Assembly: GCA_001897535.1 (NCBI GenBank)
Contig: MKTC01000010.1
Coordinates: 116,440-180,439, forward strand
Reading direction: 5' to 3'
Length of the DNA: 64,000 nt
Origin: Bacteroidetes bacterium 37-13
GTDB lineage: Bacteria > Bacteroidota > Bacteroidia > Chitinophagales > LD1
The first letter of the stretch is position 1, and each line of letters opens with the position of its first letter. Of this stretch, positions 1 to 9,438 are shown in pieces. The notes below the pieces were generated by a model. The model searched no databases. It was not told the DNA's origin and was given only the letters and a program-made list of their open reading frames with translations. A program made the position numbers and the translations under genes.

Positions 1-1638
1 CACGCCACTTCAAAAATTTCCAAAACCGAAGATTTGTTCAATATCCGAACTATGGGTTTTCGAGGTGAAGCTTTGGCTTCGGTAGCAGCCATTGCGCAAG
101 TGGAATTAAAAACGAAACTTCACGATGAAGACACCGGAACACTCATAGAAATTGAGGGTTCAAAAATTACACGGCAAGAGCCTTGCCAAACTACTTCGGG
201 AACTTCTATCGCAGTAAAAAATTTATTTTACAATGTGCCGGCACGCAGAAATTTTTTAAAAAGCGATAATGTTGAGCTTAAAAATATTATTGAAGAATTT
301 ACACGCACAGCTTTAGCTAATCCTCAAATTGCATTTAAACTTTTTCATAACGACTATGAACTTTATCATTTAAAAAGTGGCAACTTAAAACAACGCATTG
401 TTCAACTTTTTGGTGATGATTATGCCAAGAAGATTGTTCCCGTTGAAGAAAAATCGTATTCCTTAAATGTTTACGGTTTCATTGGCAAACCTAATTTCGC
501 AAAGAAAAGCAGAGGCGAACAATATATTTTTGTAAATAACCGCTTCATAAAATCTTCGTATCTGCATCATGCAATTATGCAAGCGTATGAAGAAATGCTG
601 AGCAAAGACCACTTTCCGCTCTATGTTATTTTCTTGGAAATTGATCCTGCCAGAATTGACATAAATGTGCACCCACAAAAATATGAAGTGAAATTTGAAG
701 ACGAAAAACTGCTTTACACTTTCGTGAATTTAGGCGTAAAACATGCACTTGGAGCTTATAGCGTTTCACCTTCTTTAGATTTTAACCAAGAGCAACATTT
801 AGATTCTATCGGTGCTTTTACAAATAACAACTTCACAGGTAGCAGCATTCTTAGCCAAACACCCGAACAACACAGAGAGGCAAAAAAATTTGCTCCGCCA
901 AGCAATTTTAAATCCTACGATTCCACTCCACAAAATTGGCAACAGCTCCATAAAACTTCGCAAGGAAATATTTCACAACCAAATGCAACTCCACCCAACT
1001 TCTCTCCTACTGAAAATGCTTCTGAAATAACTTTTCGCTCTTCGCAAACTGCCGATAAAAGTGTAGTACAGCCGCATCAATTGCACCGTCATTACATCGT
1101 TTCACAAATTAAAAGCGGCATTATTTTAATTGACCAACAAGCTGCGCACGAAAGAATTTTATACGAACGTTATTTACGTTTACTTAAAAACAATAGAAGC
1201 ACCAGTCAAAAACAATTGTTCCCACAAGCAATACAGTTTTCGCCTGCCGATGCTGCTTTGCTTCGCGAGATTTTGGTTGAGATAAATAACTTAGGTTTTG
1301 AAGTTCAAGAATTTGGCGAAAATTCCTTTGTAGTGCATGCTTTTCCGGCTGATGTGTTTAACGGCAATGAGCAGCAAGTATTAGAAGAACTTTTGGAACA
1401 GTACAAAAACCAAATGCAAGTTACAAAATTCACTAAGCGCGAAAAATTAGCACAAGCATTAGCCATTAGCTCCTCAATAAAAGTTGGAAAATTACTCTCT
1501 ATTGAAGAGATGAAAAATATAATTGATGAACTCTTTGCGTGCGAAAATCCATACCATGCACCCAACGGCAGAAATGCAATCATTACTTTTAGTTTAGATG
1601 AATTAGCTAAGAAATTTGAAGGCAAAAAGAACGGCTAA
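1..1638 (+). CDS. mutL: DNA mismatch repair protein MutL (5' end lies outside the window)
   Basis: Frame is open from base 1 (HATSKI...). Contains GHKL ATPase motif TMGFRGEALAS, NLFYNVPARRNFLK, IDINVHPQKYEVKF and C-terminal DQQAAHERILYE. Confidence 0.97.
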   Translation, partial: HATSKISKTEDLFNIRTMGFRGEALASVAAIAQVELKTKLHDEDTGTLIEIEGSKITRQEPCQTTSGTSIAVKNLFYNVPARRNFLKSDNVELKNIIEEFTRTALANPQIAFKLFHNDYELYHLKSGNLKQRIVQLFGDDYAKKIVPVEEKSYSLNVYGFIGKPNFAKKSRGEQYIFVNNRFIKSSYLHHAIMQAYEEMLSKDHFPLYVIFLEIDPARIDINVHPQKYEVKFEDEKLLYTFVNLGVKHALGAYSVSPSLDFNQEQHLDSIGAFTNNNFTGSSILSQTPEQHREAKKFAPPSNFKSYDSTPQNWQQLHKTSQGNISQPNATPPNFSPTENASEITFRSSQTADKSVVQPHQLHRHYIVSQIKSGIILIDQQAAHERILYERYLRLLKNNRSTSQKQLFPQAIQFSPADAALLREILVEINNLGFEVQEFGENSFVVHAFPADVFNGNEQQVLEELLEQYKNQMQVTKFTKREKLAQALAISSSIKVGKLLSIEEMKNIIDELFACENPYHAPNGRNAIITFSLDELAKKFEGKKNG

Positions 1639-1674
1639 TTTCATAAGATTTTAAATAAAAAAAATCACACGAAA

Positions 1675-2049
1675 ATGAAAAGAGTAACAGGAATTGGCGG
1701 TATATTTTTTAAAAGTAAAGACCCTAAAAAAATCACGGAATGGTATCAAAAACATTTAGGACTAAACACCAATCCTTACGGTGCAACTTTTGAATGGTTT
1801 GAGGATAAAAATGATACTCAAAAGGCACAAACACAATGGTCGCCTTTTCCTGAGAACACTCAATATTTTGCGCCATCACAGCAAGCGTTTATGATAAACT
1901 ACAGGGTAGAAAATCTTGAAAAACTTGTTGAAGAGCTAAAAAAAGAAGGCGTTACAATTCTTGACAATATTGAAACCTACGACTACGGGAAATTTGTTCA
2001 TATTCTTGATGGAGAAGGAAACAAAGTAGAACTTTGGGAAGCTATCTAA
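1675..2049 (+). CDS. VOC/glyoxalase family protein
   Basis: MKRVTGIGGIFFKSKDP start, INYRVENLE, and YGKFVHILDGEGNKVELWE end, typical of a single-domain VOC protein. Confidence 0.88.
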   Translation: MKRVTGIGGIFFKSKDPKKITEWYQKHLGLNTNPYGATFEWFEDKNDTQKAQTQWSPFPENTQYFAPSQQAFMINYRVENLEKLVEELKKEGVTILDNIETYDYGKFVHILDGEGNKVELWEAI

Positions 2050-2132
2050 AAACTACTCCTGAGTACTTTATCAACATCAATACAATACAACATTTGTTTT
2101 AGAATTGTATGTTTGAAACTGAAAACAAATCC

Positions 2133-3089
2133 ATGTTAGAACAATATACACCTACCGGTGCAAAAGACACTCGCTCAGGCTTTGGCGATGCCATGCACTT
2201 TCTTGGAAAAAACAATCCAAATGTTGTGGCACTTTGCGCAGACCTTGCCGGCTCTTTAAAATTAGATACTTTTATTAGAGATTTTCCTGAACGCTATATC
2301 CAATGCGGCATTGCAGAAGCAAACATGATGGGAATTGCTGCAGGTTTAACCATTGGCGGCAAAATTCCATTTGCAACCACTTTTGCCAACTTTGCAACAG
2401 GAAGAGTTTACGACCAAATTCGTCAATCTATTGCCTATAGCGGTAAAAATGTAAAAATAGCTGCTTCGCACGCTGGCTTAACTTTAGGCGAAGATGGCGC
2501 TACACACCAAATTTTAGAAGACATTGGCTTAATGCAAATGCTTCCCGGAATGACGGTGATAAACCCTTGCGACTATAACCAAACTTATGCTGCAACGATT
2601 GCTGCTGCCGAATATCAAGGACCTGTTTATTTGCGTTTCGGACGACCAAAATGGCAAATTTTTATTCCAAACAATCAACCTTTTGAAATTGGAAAAGCAT
2701 TGATGCTAAACGAAGGAACCGATGTTACTATTTTTGCAACAGGACACTTAGTTTGGAAAAGTATCGAAGCTGCAAAAGCATTGCAAGCAAGTGGCGTATC
2801 GGTTGAACTTGTAAATATTCACACCATAAAACCTTTGGATAAAGAAGCTATTTTAAAATCGGTAGCTAAAACAAAATGTGCTGTTGTAGCCGAAGAGCAC
2901 AATATTATTGGAGGTTTAGGGAGCAGTATTGCAACTTTATTGGCTAAAGAATTACCTGTGCCAATGGAGTTTGTGGCAGTAAATGATAGCTTTGGCGAAA
3001 GCGGAACACCTGATGAGTTATTGCAGAAATACGGCTTAGATTCTGCTAACGTTATTGAAGCAGCAAAAAAGGTAATTGCAAAAAAGTAG
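2133..3089 (+). CDS. Transketolase C-terminal (pyrimidine-binding) subunit of a split transketolase
   Basis: Motifs DTRSGFG, CGIAEANMMGIAAG, GEDGATHQ, YLRFGRP, EEHNIIGGLG. ATG 2133 preferred over 2109. Confidence 0.92.
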   Translation: MLEQYTPTGAKDTRSGFGDAMHFLGKNNPNVVALCADLAGSLKLDTFIRDFPERYIQCGIAEANMMGIAAGLTIGGKIPFATTFANFATGRVYDQIRQSIAYSGKNVKIAASHAGLTLGEDGATHQILEDIGLMQMLPGMTVINPCDYNQTYAATIAAAEYQGPVYLRFGRPKWQIFIPNNQPFEIGKALMLNEGTDVTIFATGHLVWKSIEAAKALQASGVSVELVNIHTIKPLDKEAILKSVAKTKCAVVAEEHNIIGGLGSSIATLLAKELPVPMEFVAVNDSFGESGTPDELLQKYGLDSANVIEAAKKVIAKK

Positions 3090-3139
3090 TTCTCATTTTT
3101 ATATAGACTTGATAAATTTTCAACTTGAAATAAAACCTT

Positions 3140-3706
3140 ATGAGCGATAATGAACTATTAGATTTATTTCATTCCGGGCAAAGAGAAAAGGCTTTCACTT
3201 TGCTCATGGAGAAATATCAAGAAAGAGTGTATTGGCACATTCGCAGAATGGTTTTAACCCACGATGATGCAGATGATGTACTCCAAAATACATTTGTAAA
3301 AGTTTGGCGCGCACTCGAAAATTTCCGTGCAGAATCACAGTTTTACACTTGGCTTTATCGTATTGCTACCAACGAAGCACTCAACCATATAAATATTAAA
3401 AAGAAAAAAGCTGTTATTCCTTTTGAAGGTAACAATAATAGCAGTGATGACGATGATAATAATTTCGGACCTTCAAATTATTTAAAAAGCGACCCATATT
3501 TTAACGGTGATGAAATTGAACTAAAACTCCAACAAGCAATTGATACTTTGCCCGATAAACAAAAACAAGTTTTCCTTTTGCGCTACTACGATGAAATGCC
3601 TTATGAAGACATGAGCGAAATGTTAGGAACAAGTGTGGGCGCACTTAAAGCCTCTTATCACCATGCCGCACAAAAAGTAGAAGCATTTTTATTAAAACGA
3701 GATTAA
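3140..3706 (+). CDS. ECF-type RNA polymerase sigma factor
   Basis: Region 2 DADDVLQNTFVKVW...FYTWLYRIATN; region 4 LPDKQKQVFLLRYYDEMPYEDMSEMLGTSVGALKASYHHA. Confidence 0.94.
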   Translation: MSDNELLDLFHSGQREKAFTLLMEKYQERVYWHIRRMVLTHDDADDVLQNTFVKVWRALENFRAESQFYTWLYRIATNEALNHINIKKKKAVIPFEGNNNSSDDDDNNFGPSNYLKSDPYFNGDEIELKLQQAIDTLPDKQKQVFLLRYYDEMPYEDMSEMLGTSVGALKASYHHAAQKVEAFLLKRD

Positions 3707-3730
3707 ACTTTTTTACTTCAAGGCTATCCA
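3703..3730 (+). promoter_or_regulatory. Possible ECF-type promoter between the sigma and anti-sigma genes
   Basis: TTAAAC (overlapping the sigma stop codon), a 16-nt T-rich spacer, then TATCCA. Matches ECF geometry only. Confidence 0.3.
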
Positions 3731-3749
3731 ATAGCTAATTTAATACAAG

Positions 3750-4580
3750 GTGAAAAATAGGAATAACATATTAGATGAGTTAAAAGAGGTTGCGCCAACA
3801 CTTGCAAATTTGGCTCAAAGCGATGCTTACTCAGTTCCTGAAAACTATTTTTCATCACTACAAAGTAAAGTTCTCACAAAAATAAAGGAAGAAGAAGTTT
3901 GGGAGAAAGCAAGCGACCCGGCACTTTCACCGCAACTGCAATTACTTAAAGGAAAAAAGCATTTCAGCTTGCCTGAAAATTATTTTGCTAATACTACAGC
4001 AAACATTCTTTCAACAATAAGAAAAGAAGAAGTTACTCAAGAGTTACAGGCTTTAGCGCCACAACTTTCAACTTTGCAAAAGCACAATGCTTTTAGTGTT
4101 CCTCAAAATTATTTCAGCACTTTGCCTAAGCGCATTTTAGCAGAAGTGAGCAAACAAAATTCAGCAGCGGCAAAAGAAGTCTTACCAAGTTTTTGGGATA
4201 ACTTAAACGCACAGATTGATGTTATTTTAGTTGCAATTTTCAAACCACAACTAAGAGTTGCATTTGCATCGCTTGTTGCAGTTGGCGTTGCTTTTTGGTT
4301 TCTAAATAATACCAAACCTACTGAGCAAAATCCAGTTGCCTCTTTAAATGGAGAATTGAACCGAATGAGTACTACCGAAATTAGCAATTACGTTGCTATG
4401 CATATTGATGATTACGATGAAGCTACCTTAAAAAAACGTGCCGGTGATGTTAATGGCATGTCTTTTTTTAATGACTCTGAACTAAACGATAATGAACTTG
4501 AACAAATTCTTCAGCGAGAAATGGAAGAAGAATTATTTTTGGACTCACCAACTAGAAAGGCTAAAAATCAACTTATATGA
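3750..4580 (+). CDS. Putative anti-sigma factor (single TM, repeated cytoplasmic motif)
   Basis: Directly follows the ECF sigma gene, GTG start, one TM segment (VAFASLVAVGVAFWFL), three F/Y-S-V/L-P-x-N-Y-F repeats. Confidence 0.65.
   Translation: MKNRNNILDELKEVAPTLANLAQSDAYSVPENYFSSLQSKVLTKIKEEEVWEKASDPALSPQLQLLKGKKHFSLPENYFANTTANILSTIRKEEVTQELQALAPQLSTLQKHNAFSVPQNYFSTLPKRILAEVSKQNSAAAKEVLPSFWDNLNAQIDVILVAIFKPQLRVAFASLVAVGVAFWFLNNTKPTEQNPVASLNGELNRMSTTEISNYVAMHIDDYDEATLKKRAGDVNGMSFFNDSELNDNELEQILQREMEEELFLDSPTRKAKNQLI
3768..4154 (+). repeat. Three ~45-aa tandem repeats within the putative anti-sigma factor
   Basis: ELKEVAPTL..YSVPENYFSSL / ALSPQLQLL..FSLPENYFANT / ELQALAPQL..FSVPQNYFSTL. 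Confidence 0.75.
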
Positions 4581-4981
4581 GAAAAATATTTACGATTCTT
4601 TGTTTATCTTTTTACTTAGTAGCACAAACAGCAAATGCTCAACAGCAAGATACAAAGTTTGAATCGTTGCGCGTTGCTTTTATTACAGACTATGTACAAC
4701 TTACACCGGAAGAAAGTCAAAAATTTTGGCCTGTTTACAATCAATATCGTGCAGAATTAAAAAGCCTTCGCAAGCAATATATGGCAAGCGATAGAGATGA
4801 TGAAGACCCTGGCTTTGCAGATAGAAAAATTGAATACGCCCAAAAAAAATTAGATATTCAAAAGAAGTACCGTCCACAATTGGAGCAAGTAATTGGTGCA
4901 AAAAAATATTCCTTACTTTTAAGTGCCGAAGACAAATTTAAGCAAGAGCTTTTACGCAATATCCAAGAAAGGAAAAAATAA
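4577..4981 (+). CDS. Periplasmic Spy/CpxP-like helical protein of the ECF operon
   Basis: Signal peptide ending ANA-Q, motif LTPEESQKFWPVYNQY, overlaps the anti-sigma stop codon (ATGA). Confidence 0.6.
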   Translation: MRKIFTILCLSFYLVAQTANAQQQDTKFESLRVAFITDYVQLTPEESQKFWPVYNQYRAELKSLRKQYMASDRDDEDPGFADRKIEYAQKKLDIQKKYRPQLEQVIGAKKYSLLLSAEDKFKQELLRNIQERKK

Positions 4982-5060
4982 TTGCGAAACATATTTCTTT
5001 CACCAAAAACAAACTTGAAATAAAAAAGTTCAATTCCTTTTGGGAGTTTCAGAAAATTTT

Positions 5061-5068
5061 TAGTTTCG
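5061..5068 (+). promoter_or_regulatory. Bacteroidota housekeeping -7 promoter element for tRNA-Gln
   Basis: TAGTTTCG, a TAnnTT(T/C)G match, ~24 nt upstream of the tRNA. Confidence 0.55.
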
Positions 5069-5091
5069 CGTCCGCTTTTTAAGTCAAGCAT

Positions 5092-5162
5092 TGACCCATC
5101 GTCTAATGGCAGGACTACAGATTTTGGTTCTGTGTATGTTGGTTCGAATCCAGCTGGGTCAA
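5092..5162 (+). tRNA. tRNA-Gln (anticodon TTG)
   Basis: Acceptor stem TGACCCA/TGGGTCA, D-loop CTAATGGCAGGAC, anticodon arm ACAGA-TTTTGGT-TCTGT, T-loop GGTTCGAATCC. CCA is not encoded. Confidence 0.97.
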
Positions 5163-5163
5163 C

Positions 5164-5194
5164 AAAAGTTTCGGTTAATAGCCGAAACTTTTTT
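5164..5194 (+). terminator. Intrinsic, probably bidirectional terminator (tRNA-Gln / rdgB)
   Basis: AAAAGTTTCGG-TTAATAG-CCGAAACTTTT followed by T tract. Confidence 0.85.
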
Positions 5195-5208
5195 GTTTTA
5201 TAAAAGTT

Positions 5209-5787
5209 CTATTTTCTATTTAAAAACTCAACAAACAACTTAAAAGCTTTTGCTCTATGGCTAAAGATATTTTTATCGCTCAAAGACATTTCTGCAAAAG
5301 ATAATTCGCTGCCCAATGGTTTAAAAATTGGGTCGTAACCAAAGCCATCATTTCCTGTTTTTGCCATTAAGATTTCACCTTGGCAAACACCTTTAAATTG
5401 GTGTGTTTCTTTAGCTTCATCAATAAATGTAATTACAGTAACAAATTGAGCATTTCTATTTGATTTTCCTTCCAACTCCAATAAAAGCTTTTGTATATTA
5501 TCTTCTGCCGTTGCATCTTCACCTGCAAAACGCGCAGTGCGCACACCAGGCAAATTGTTTAATGCAGTAACTTCCAAGCCGGTATCTTCCGAAAAAACAG
5601 CTTTGCCAAACTGCTTAAAAATGTATTCTGCCTTTTGAAAAGAATTCCCGGCAATTGTATCTGATGTTTCCGGAACTTCTTTATTAAAGTCAATTTCTTT
5701 CAGCGATTTTAACTGAATATTTTCAGGGCACAGCGATTGAATTTCGCCAACTTTATGTGCATTATGCGTAGCAAAAATTATTTCCAT
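5209..5787 (-). CDS. rdgB: Non-canonical purine NTP pyrophosphatase (RdgB/HAM1)
   Basis: FATHNAHK, VFSEDTGLEV, PGVRTARFAG, GFGYDPIF, SHRAKA motifs. Confidence 0.96.
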   Translation of the reverse strand: MEIIFATHNAHKVGEIQSLCPENIQLKSLKEIDFNKEVPETSDTIAGNSFQKAEYIFKQFGKAVFSEDTGLEVTALNNLPGVRTARFAGEDATAEDNIQKLLLELEGKSNRNAQFVTVITFIDEAKETHQFKGVCQGEILMAKTGNDGFGYDPIFKPLGSELSFAEMSLSDKNIFSHRAKAFKLFVEFLNRK

Positions 5788-5798
5788 TTATTTCTATC

Positions 5799-7034
5799 TT
5801 AAAAACAAAAAGAGTCAATAAACTCTTGGGCTTGTTTAGCTCCGAGCAATTTACTTTTACTTAAATCGCTGCAACCTTCGGCAACACTGTGGTTTAAAAT
5901 TCTTGTAATGCCTCGGTTGAACCAAATAGAAGCATCGCTATCATTTAGGTTAATTGCGCTAGTATAATCAACAATAGCTTCAGAATAGTAACCATACAAA
6001 ACTTTAATATTTGCCAAAGCATTTATTGCTTGAACATTTTGCGGGTTTGCCTCTAAAACTCGTTTGTAATCGTTTGTTGCTTGCGTGAAATCGCCTAAAA
6101 GTTTCCGCGTAAAACCTCTATTTAAAAGAGCGTCCATATCAGTAGAATCTAATCCTAAATAGAAAGTAAAATCTCTTTCTGCCGCAGTTTTATTGCCTAA
6201 TTCATTTTGTATTACTGCTCTATTAAAATAGGCATAAGCACAAGTTGAATTTAGTTCAATCGCTTTATTCAAATCCTTTAGTGCTGCGTCACTTTGTCCG
6301 TTTTTAGTGTAAATAGAACTTCTAATTAAATACGAAAGTACTATATCCGGTTTTTGTTTAATTGTAGCAGAAAGTAAATTTAAGGCAGTATCTATTTTCT
6401 CTGCCTCCACCAAAATAAGCGCTTTTAGATTTGAGCCAATAACCGATGTGGGATGCCGCGATAAAAAAGAATTGATATGGAATTGTGCACTATCAGATTC
6501 TTTCATTTGAAATTCAATGAATGCTTTCTTTAGAACATAATCATCGTTGCCCGGATTCTGAGCAATTAGGTAATTGATATTATTTAAAGCATTGCTAAAA
6601 TCACTTTCTGACAAGTGCAACTCGGTTCTGTGTTCTAAAAAAAGATTATTTGCCGGATCTAATTTTATAGCAGATTCAATATCATCTTTTGCACCTGAAT
6701 AATCGGTAATTAAAGTTTTAATTCTTGCCCGGGCATCGTAAAATATGGCAGAATTTGGGTTTATATTTATTGCCATATTATAGTCTTTAAGCGCTTCTCC
6801 ATTTTGTCCAAGCACAGCATATATTTTAGCTCGTTTCATGTAAGCTTCTGCCGATGACGGATCTGTGGCAATAGCTAAATTATATTGTTCGATAGCACGC
6901 TGCACATTGCTCATTTGCAATTGCACATCTCCTTGTGCCACATAGTAAGCAGCTGTTTCTCTCGGGTTCTGCGAAAACAAACTTAGAGTACAAAAAGTGC
7001 ATACTACAATTATTGGTAAAATATGTTTCATCAA
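5799..7034 (-). CDS. Secreted tetratricopeptide repeat protein
   Basis: Signal peptide followed by many TPR units (AYMKRAKIY, ALKDYNMAININP, AYFNRAVIQ, ALLNRG, WFNRG). Confidence 0.85.
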   Translation of the reverse strand: MMKHILPIIVVCTFCTLSLFSQNPRETAAYYVAQGDVQLQMSNVQRAIEQYNLAIATDPSSAEAYMKRAKIYAVLGQNGEALKDYNMAININPNSAIFYDARARIKTLITDYSGAKDDIESAIKLDPANNLFLEHRTELHLSESDFSNALNNINYLIAQNPGNDDYVLKKAFIEFQMKESDSAQFHINSFLSRHPTSVIGSNLKALILVEAEKIDTALNLLSATIKQKPDIVLSYLIRSSIYTKNGQSDAALKDLNKAIELNSTCAYAYFNRAVIQNELGNKTAAERDFTFYLGLDSTDMDALLNRGFTRKLLGDFTQATNDYKRVLEANPQNVQAINALANIKVLYGYYSEAIVDYTSAINLNDSDASIWFNRGITRILNHSVAEGCSDLSKSKLLGAKQAQEFIDSFCF

Positions 7035-7075
7035 CTTTGTTTATGGTTTTGAAGTTAAGAAAAATAGTTCAAAAA

Positions 7076-7897
7076 TTACATCTTTTGAAAAAGTAAAGCT
7101 ACCCACTCTCCTTTTATCTTTTCTGTTTGTAGCGTTAGGCCTTGCATGCTTGCCAAATTGGTAATTATAGAAATATCACTTTGAATAAAACCGCTTAATG
7201 CAATTTGGGCATTTAGTTTTAGTAGTTTTACCCAATTAGATAGATTTTGCTCAATTACATGCCTATTTATATTTGCTAAAACAATATCAAATTGCATATT
7301 AAACTCCATTGCGGCATCTGCTTTGTAAACTTCAAGTGTAGAATTGTTACGCGCAGCATTTTCAATTGCGTTTTCGTAAGCCCATTCTTCATGATCTACT
7401 GCAACAGGTTTTTCTACACCCAATTTATTGGCTAAAATAGCTAATACTCCAGTACCAGATCCCATATCTAACAATGTTTTAGCTTTCAAATCCATATTCA
7501 AAAGCAGTTCAACCATGAGCGAAGTAGTTGCATGATGTCCTGTACCAAAACTCATTTTAGGCTCTATTACCAATTCAATTTCCGTATTTAGTTTTTCGTG
7601 AAAAGGCGCTCTAATTCCAACTCTATCTGCAATTACAACAGGTGGAAAATTGCTTTCCCAAACTTTGTTCCAATTTTGTGGCTCAATCACTTTTACAACA
7701 AAATTCACGTGCGATAGATTGTTATCATCTAAAGTTAAGCGCACTTCGCCATCTGCGATACTTTCTTGTGGCACAAATGCAGAAACACCTAAATTGGTTT
7801 GCTCAAAACCTTCAAAATCCAATTCCGAAAGCAGTGCCATGAGCCATTCTTGTTCGTTATTGTCAGTTGTGAAAAATTCGTACTGTAAGTAATTCAT
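7076..7897 (-). CDS. prmA: 50S ribosomal protein L11 methyltransferase
   Basis: QNWNKVWE, IEPKMSFGTGHHATT, LDMGSGTGVLAI, VLANINR. ATG 7897 preferred over the ORF-track start at 7978. Confidence 0.95.
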   Translation of the reverse strand: MNYLQYEFFTTDNNEQEWLMALLSELDFEGFEQTNLGVSAFVPQESIADGEVRLTLDDNNLSHVNFVVKVIEPQNWNKVWESNFPPVVIADRVGIRAPFHEKLNTEIELVIEPKMSFGTGHHATTSLMVELLLNMDLKAKTLLDMGSGTGVLAILANKLGVEKPVAVDHEEWAYENAIENAARNNSTLEVYKADAAMEFNMQFDIVLANINRHVIEQNLSNWVKLLKLNAQIALSGFIQSDISIITNLASMQGLTLQTEKIKGEWVALLFQKM

Positions 7898-7941
7898 TGG
7901 TTTATTGTAATTGATAATTTTAAAAATGTTATTAGTAGATT

Positions 7942-9408
7942 TTAGCGTACACGTTTCATTTTTTCTTTTAGCCACCAATCGAAACGCGTAATTTCATAGC
8001 CGGTTGGATCCCAATAAAAAAGTCCATCAGCATCACACAAATCGGAGAACTTTTGCTTTTCTTTTTCAATCACTTTTCTGTAATTAAAACCTGATTGTAA
8101 TAAAGCATAAAGTATTTGAGAAATTGCTTTTATGCGAGCTATATTTTTTTGGGAATTTCGGTTTAGCAGCTGCCATAATGCTTTAATTCTAAACAATACC
8201 ATTTCTGTTTGCCCAAGTTCAATATACGTTAATATTTCCATGAGCTTCACACCAAGCCCCCAGCCTGTTTTATCGCGCAGCATCCAACCTGTTTTAGCAA
8301 TATTTTCTATCACAGTTTTATAGTCTTTTTGATAAAATGCTAAGCCGGCTTTGTAGAAATAATACTGCGTAGTGAGTACTTCATCTTTTATGAAGCGAGG
8401 GCTCTTTTCATATAAGTTTAAATAAACAGCACAATGCTTAAAATTACTGCTGTAAAGCGCTGCTCTAAAAGCGTTATCGGCATATACAATTATTGACTGT
8501 GGTGGAATTTCTTTCAAATAATTAAAAGCCCAATTTTCAGCTTCGGCATAAGCTCCGGTATTTATCATTGCTATTATCAATTGGTTTCTCGAAGCGCGAA
8601 TAATCCCTTTTCTATTTAAGGCTTTTGATGTAGTAACCAATTCATATTTTTCTCTTGCAAACGCTAAAGATTCTTTTGGTTTTCGTTCAAATTCTGCTAA
8701 AAACATTTGCCCTTCTAAATAATTCATCAAAATAAAATCAGAGTTTGTAGCTTTTGAATATTCCTTTAAAGTAGCAACAATCTTTCTAGCGCCATCAATA
8801 AATTCGTTTTCATTATTCTTTAAATACATTGCAGGAGTTAATCCCCAAAGCAGCATATCTCCTTTGTGGTATTTTGCAAAACAGTCTAATGCCTGTTCTA
8901 TTTCTTTATTAACTTTTGAAATATACTTTTCTCCTTTTGAAGCATTTTGGCTTAAGATTTCCATGAGAGAAAGCACCCAGAAATGGAATATCTCATACTC
9001 CTTTGACTTCTTGTAAATTTCTTCACCAATTGAAAAAACAACCTCATTTACCTTCTTTTTAATTAAAATATTTCTAACCAGATATTTTCGAGTTACTTGT
9101 CGCAAAGCAGTATTGTAATCTGCATCTTTACTTTGCTCGTCTTCCACACTATCTACCGCAATTAAAACAACACTCAACTGATTAAATAATCGCTGCTTTA
9201 AATGAGAGAAAGCCGAAGTGGCGCTTTTAGATTCTGCATACAAAGCTTTAATCACCTCTCGTTCAGTTGCCGATTCCTTTTTCAATAAATAATTGAAAAG
9301 CATTTCCGATTTAGAAATCTCTGTTGTACTGCTGCTTCCATAAAGCTTTTGGTACAATTCAATTTCTTTTTTCTCTAATGATTGAATAATGGCAGCTAAG
9401 TCTTTCAT
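7942..9408 (-). CDS. Hypothetical 488-aa all-helical cytoplasmic protein (N-terminal HTH-like region plus TPR-like solenoid); putative regulator
   Basis: Long intact ORF with no signal peptide or TM. N-terminus IIQSLEKKE...LFNYL...FSHLKQRLFNQL, helical repeats with A/Y periodicity, C-terminal FDWWLKEK. Confidence 0.6.
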   Translation of the reverse strand: MKDLAAIIQSLEKKEIELYQKLYGSSSTTEISKSEMLFNYLLKKESATEREVIKALYAESKSATSAFSHLKQRLFNQLSVVLIAVDSVEDEQSKDADYNTALRQVTRKYLVRNILIKKKVNEVVFSIGEEIYKKSKEYEIFHFWVLSLMEILSQNASKGEKYISKVNKEIEQALDCFAKYHKGDMLLWGLTPAMYLKNNENEFIDGARKIVATLKEYSKATNSDFILMNYLEGQMFLAEFERKPKESLAFAREKYELVTTSKALNRKGIIRASRNQLIIAMINTGAYAEAENWAFNYLKEIPPQSIIVYADNAFRAALYSSNFKHCAVYLNLYEKSPRFIKDEVLTTQYYFYKAGLAFYQKDYKTVIENIAKTGWMLRDKTGWGLGVKLMEILTYIELGQTEMVLFRIKALWQLLNRNSQKNIARIKAISQILYALLQSGFNYRKVIEKEKQKFSDLCDADGLFYWDPTGYEITRFDWWLKEKMKRVR

Positions 9409-9415
9409 AGCGAAA

Positions 9416-9423
9416 CGAAAATA
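9416..9423 (-). promoter_or_regulatory. Housekeeping -7 element for the 488-aa gene (near-leaderless transcript)
   Basis: TATTTTCG on the minus strand, 7 nt before ATG 9408. Confidence 0.5.
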
Positions 9424-9438
9424 AAATTCTTCTGCGGG

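Noticed and set aside
2133-3089. Half transketolase, and gldFG without gldA, as anomalies
   Set aside because: Split transketolase subunits and an unlinked gldA are common in Bacteroidota.
5092-5210. tRNA-Gln as an integration site for a genomic island
   Set aside because: It is followed directly by a terminator and rdgB. There is no integrase, and I saw no duplicated tRNA 3' end.
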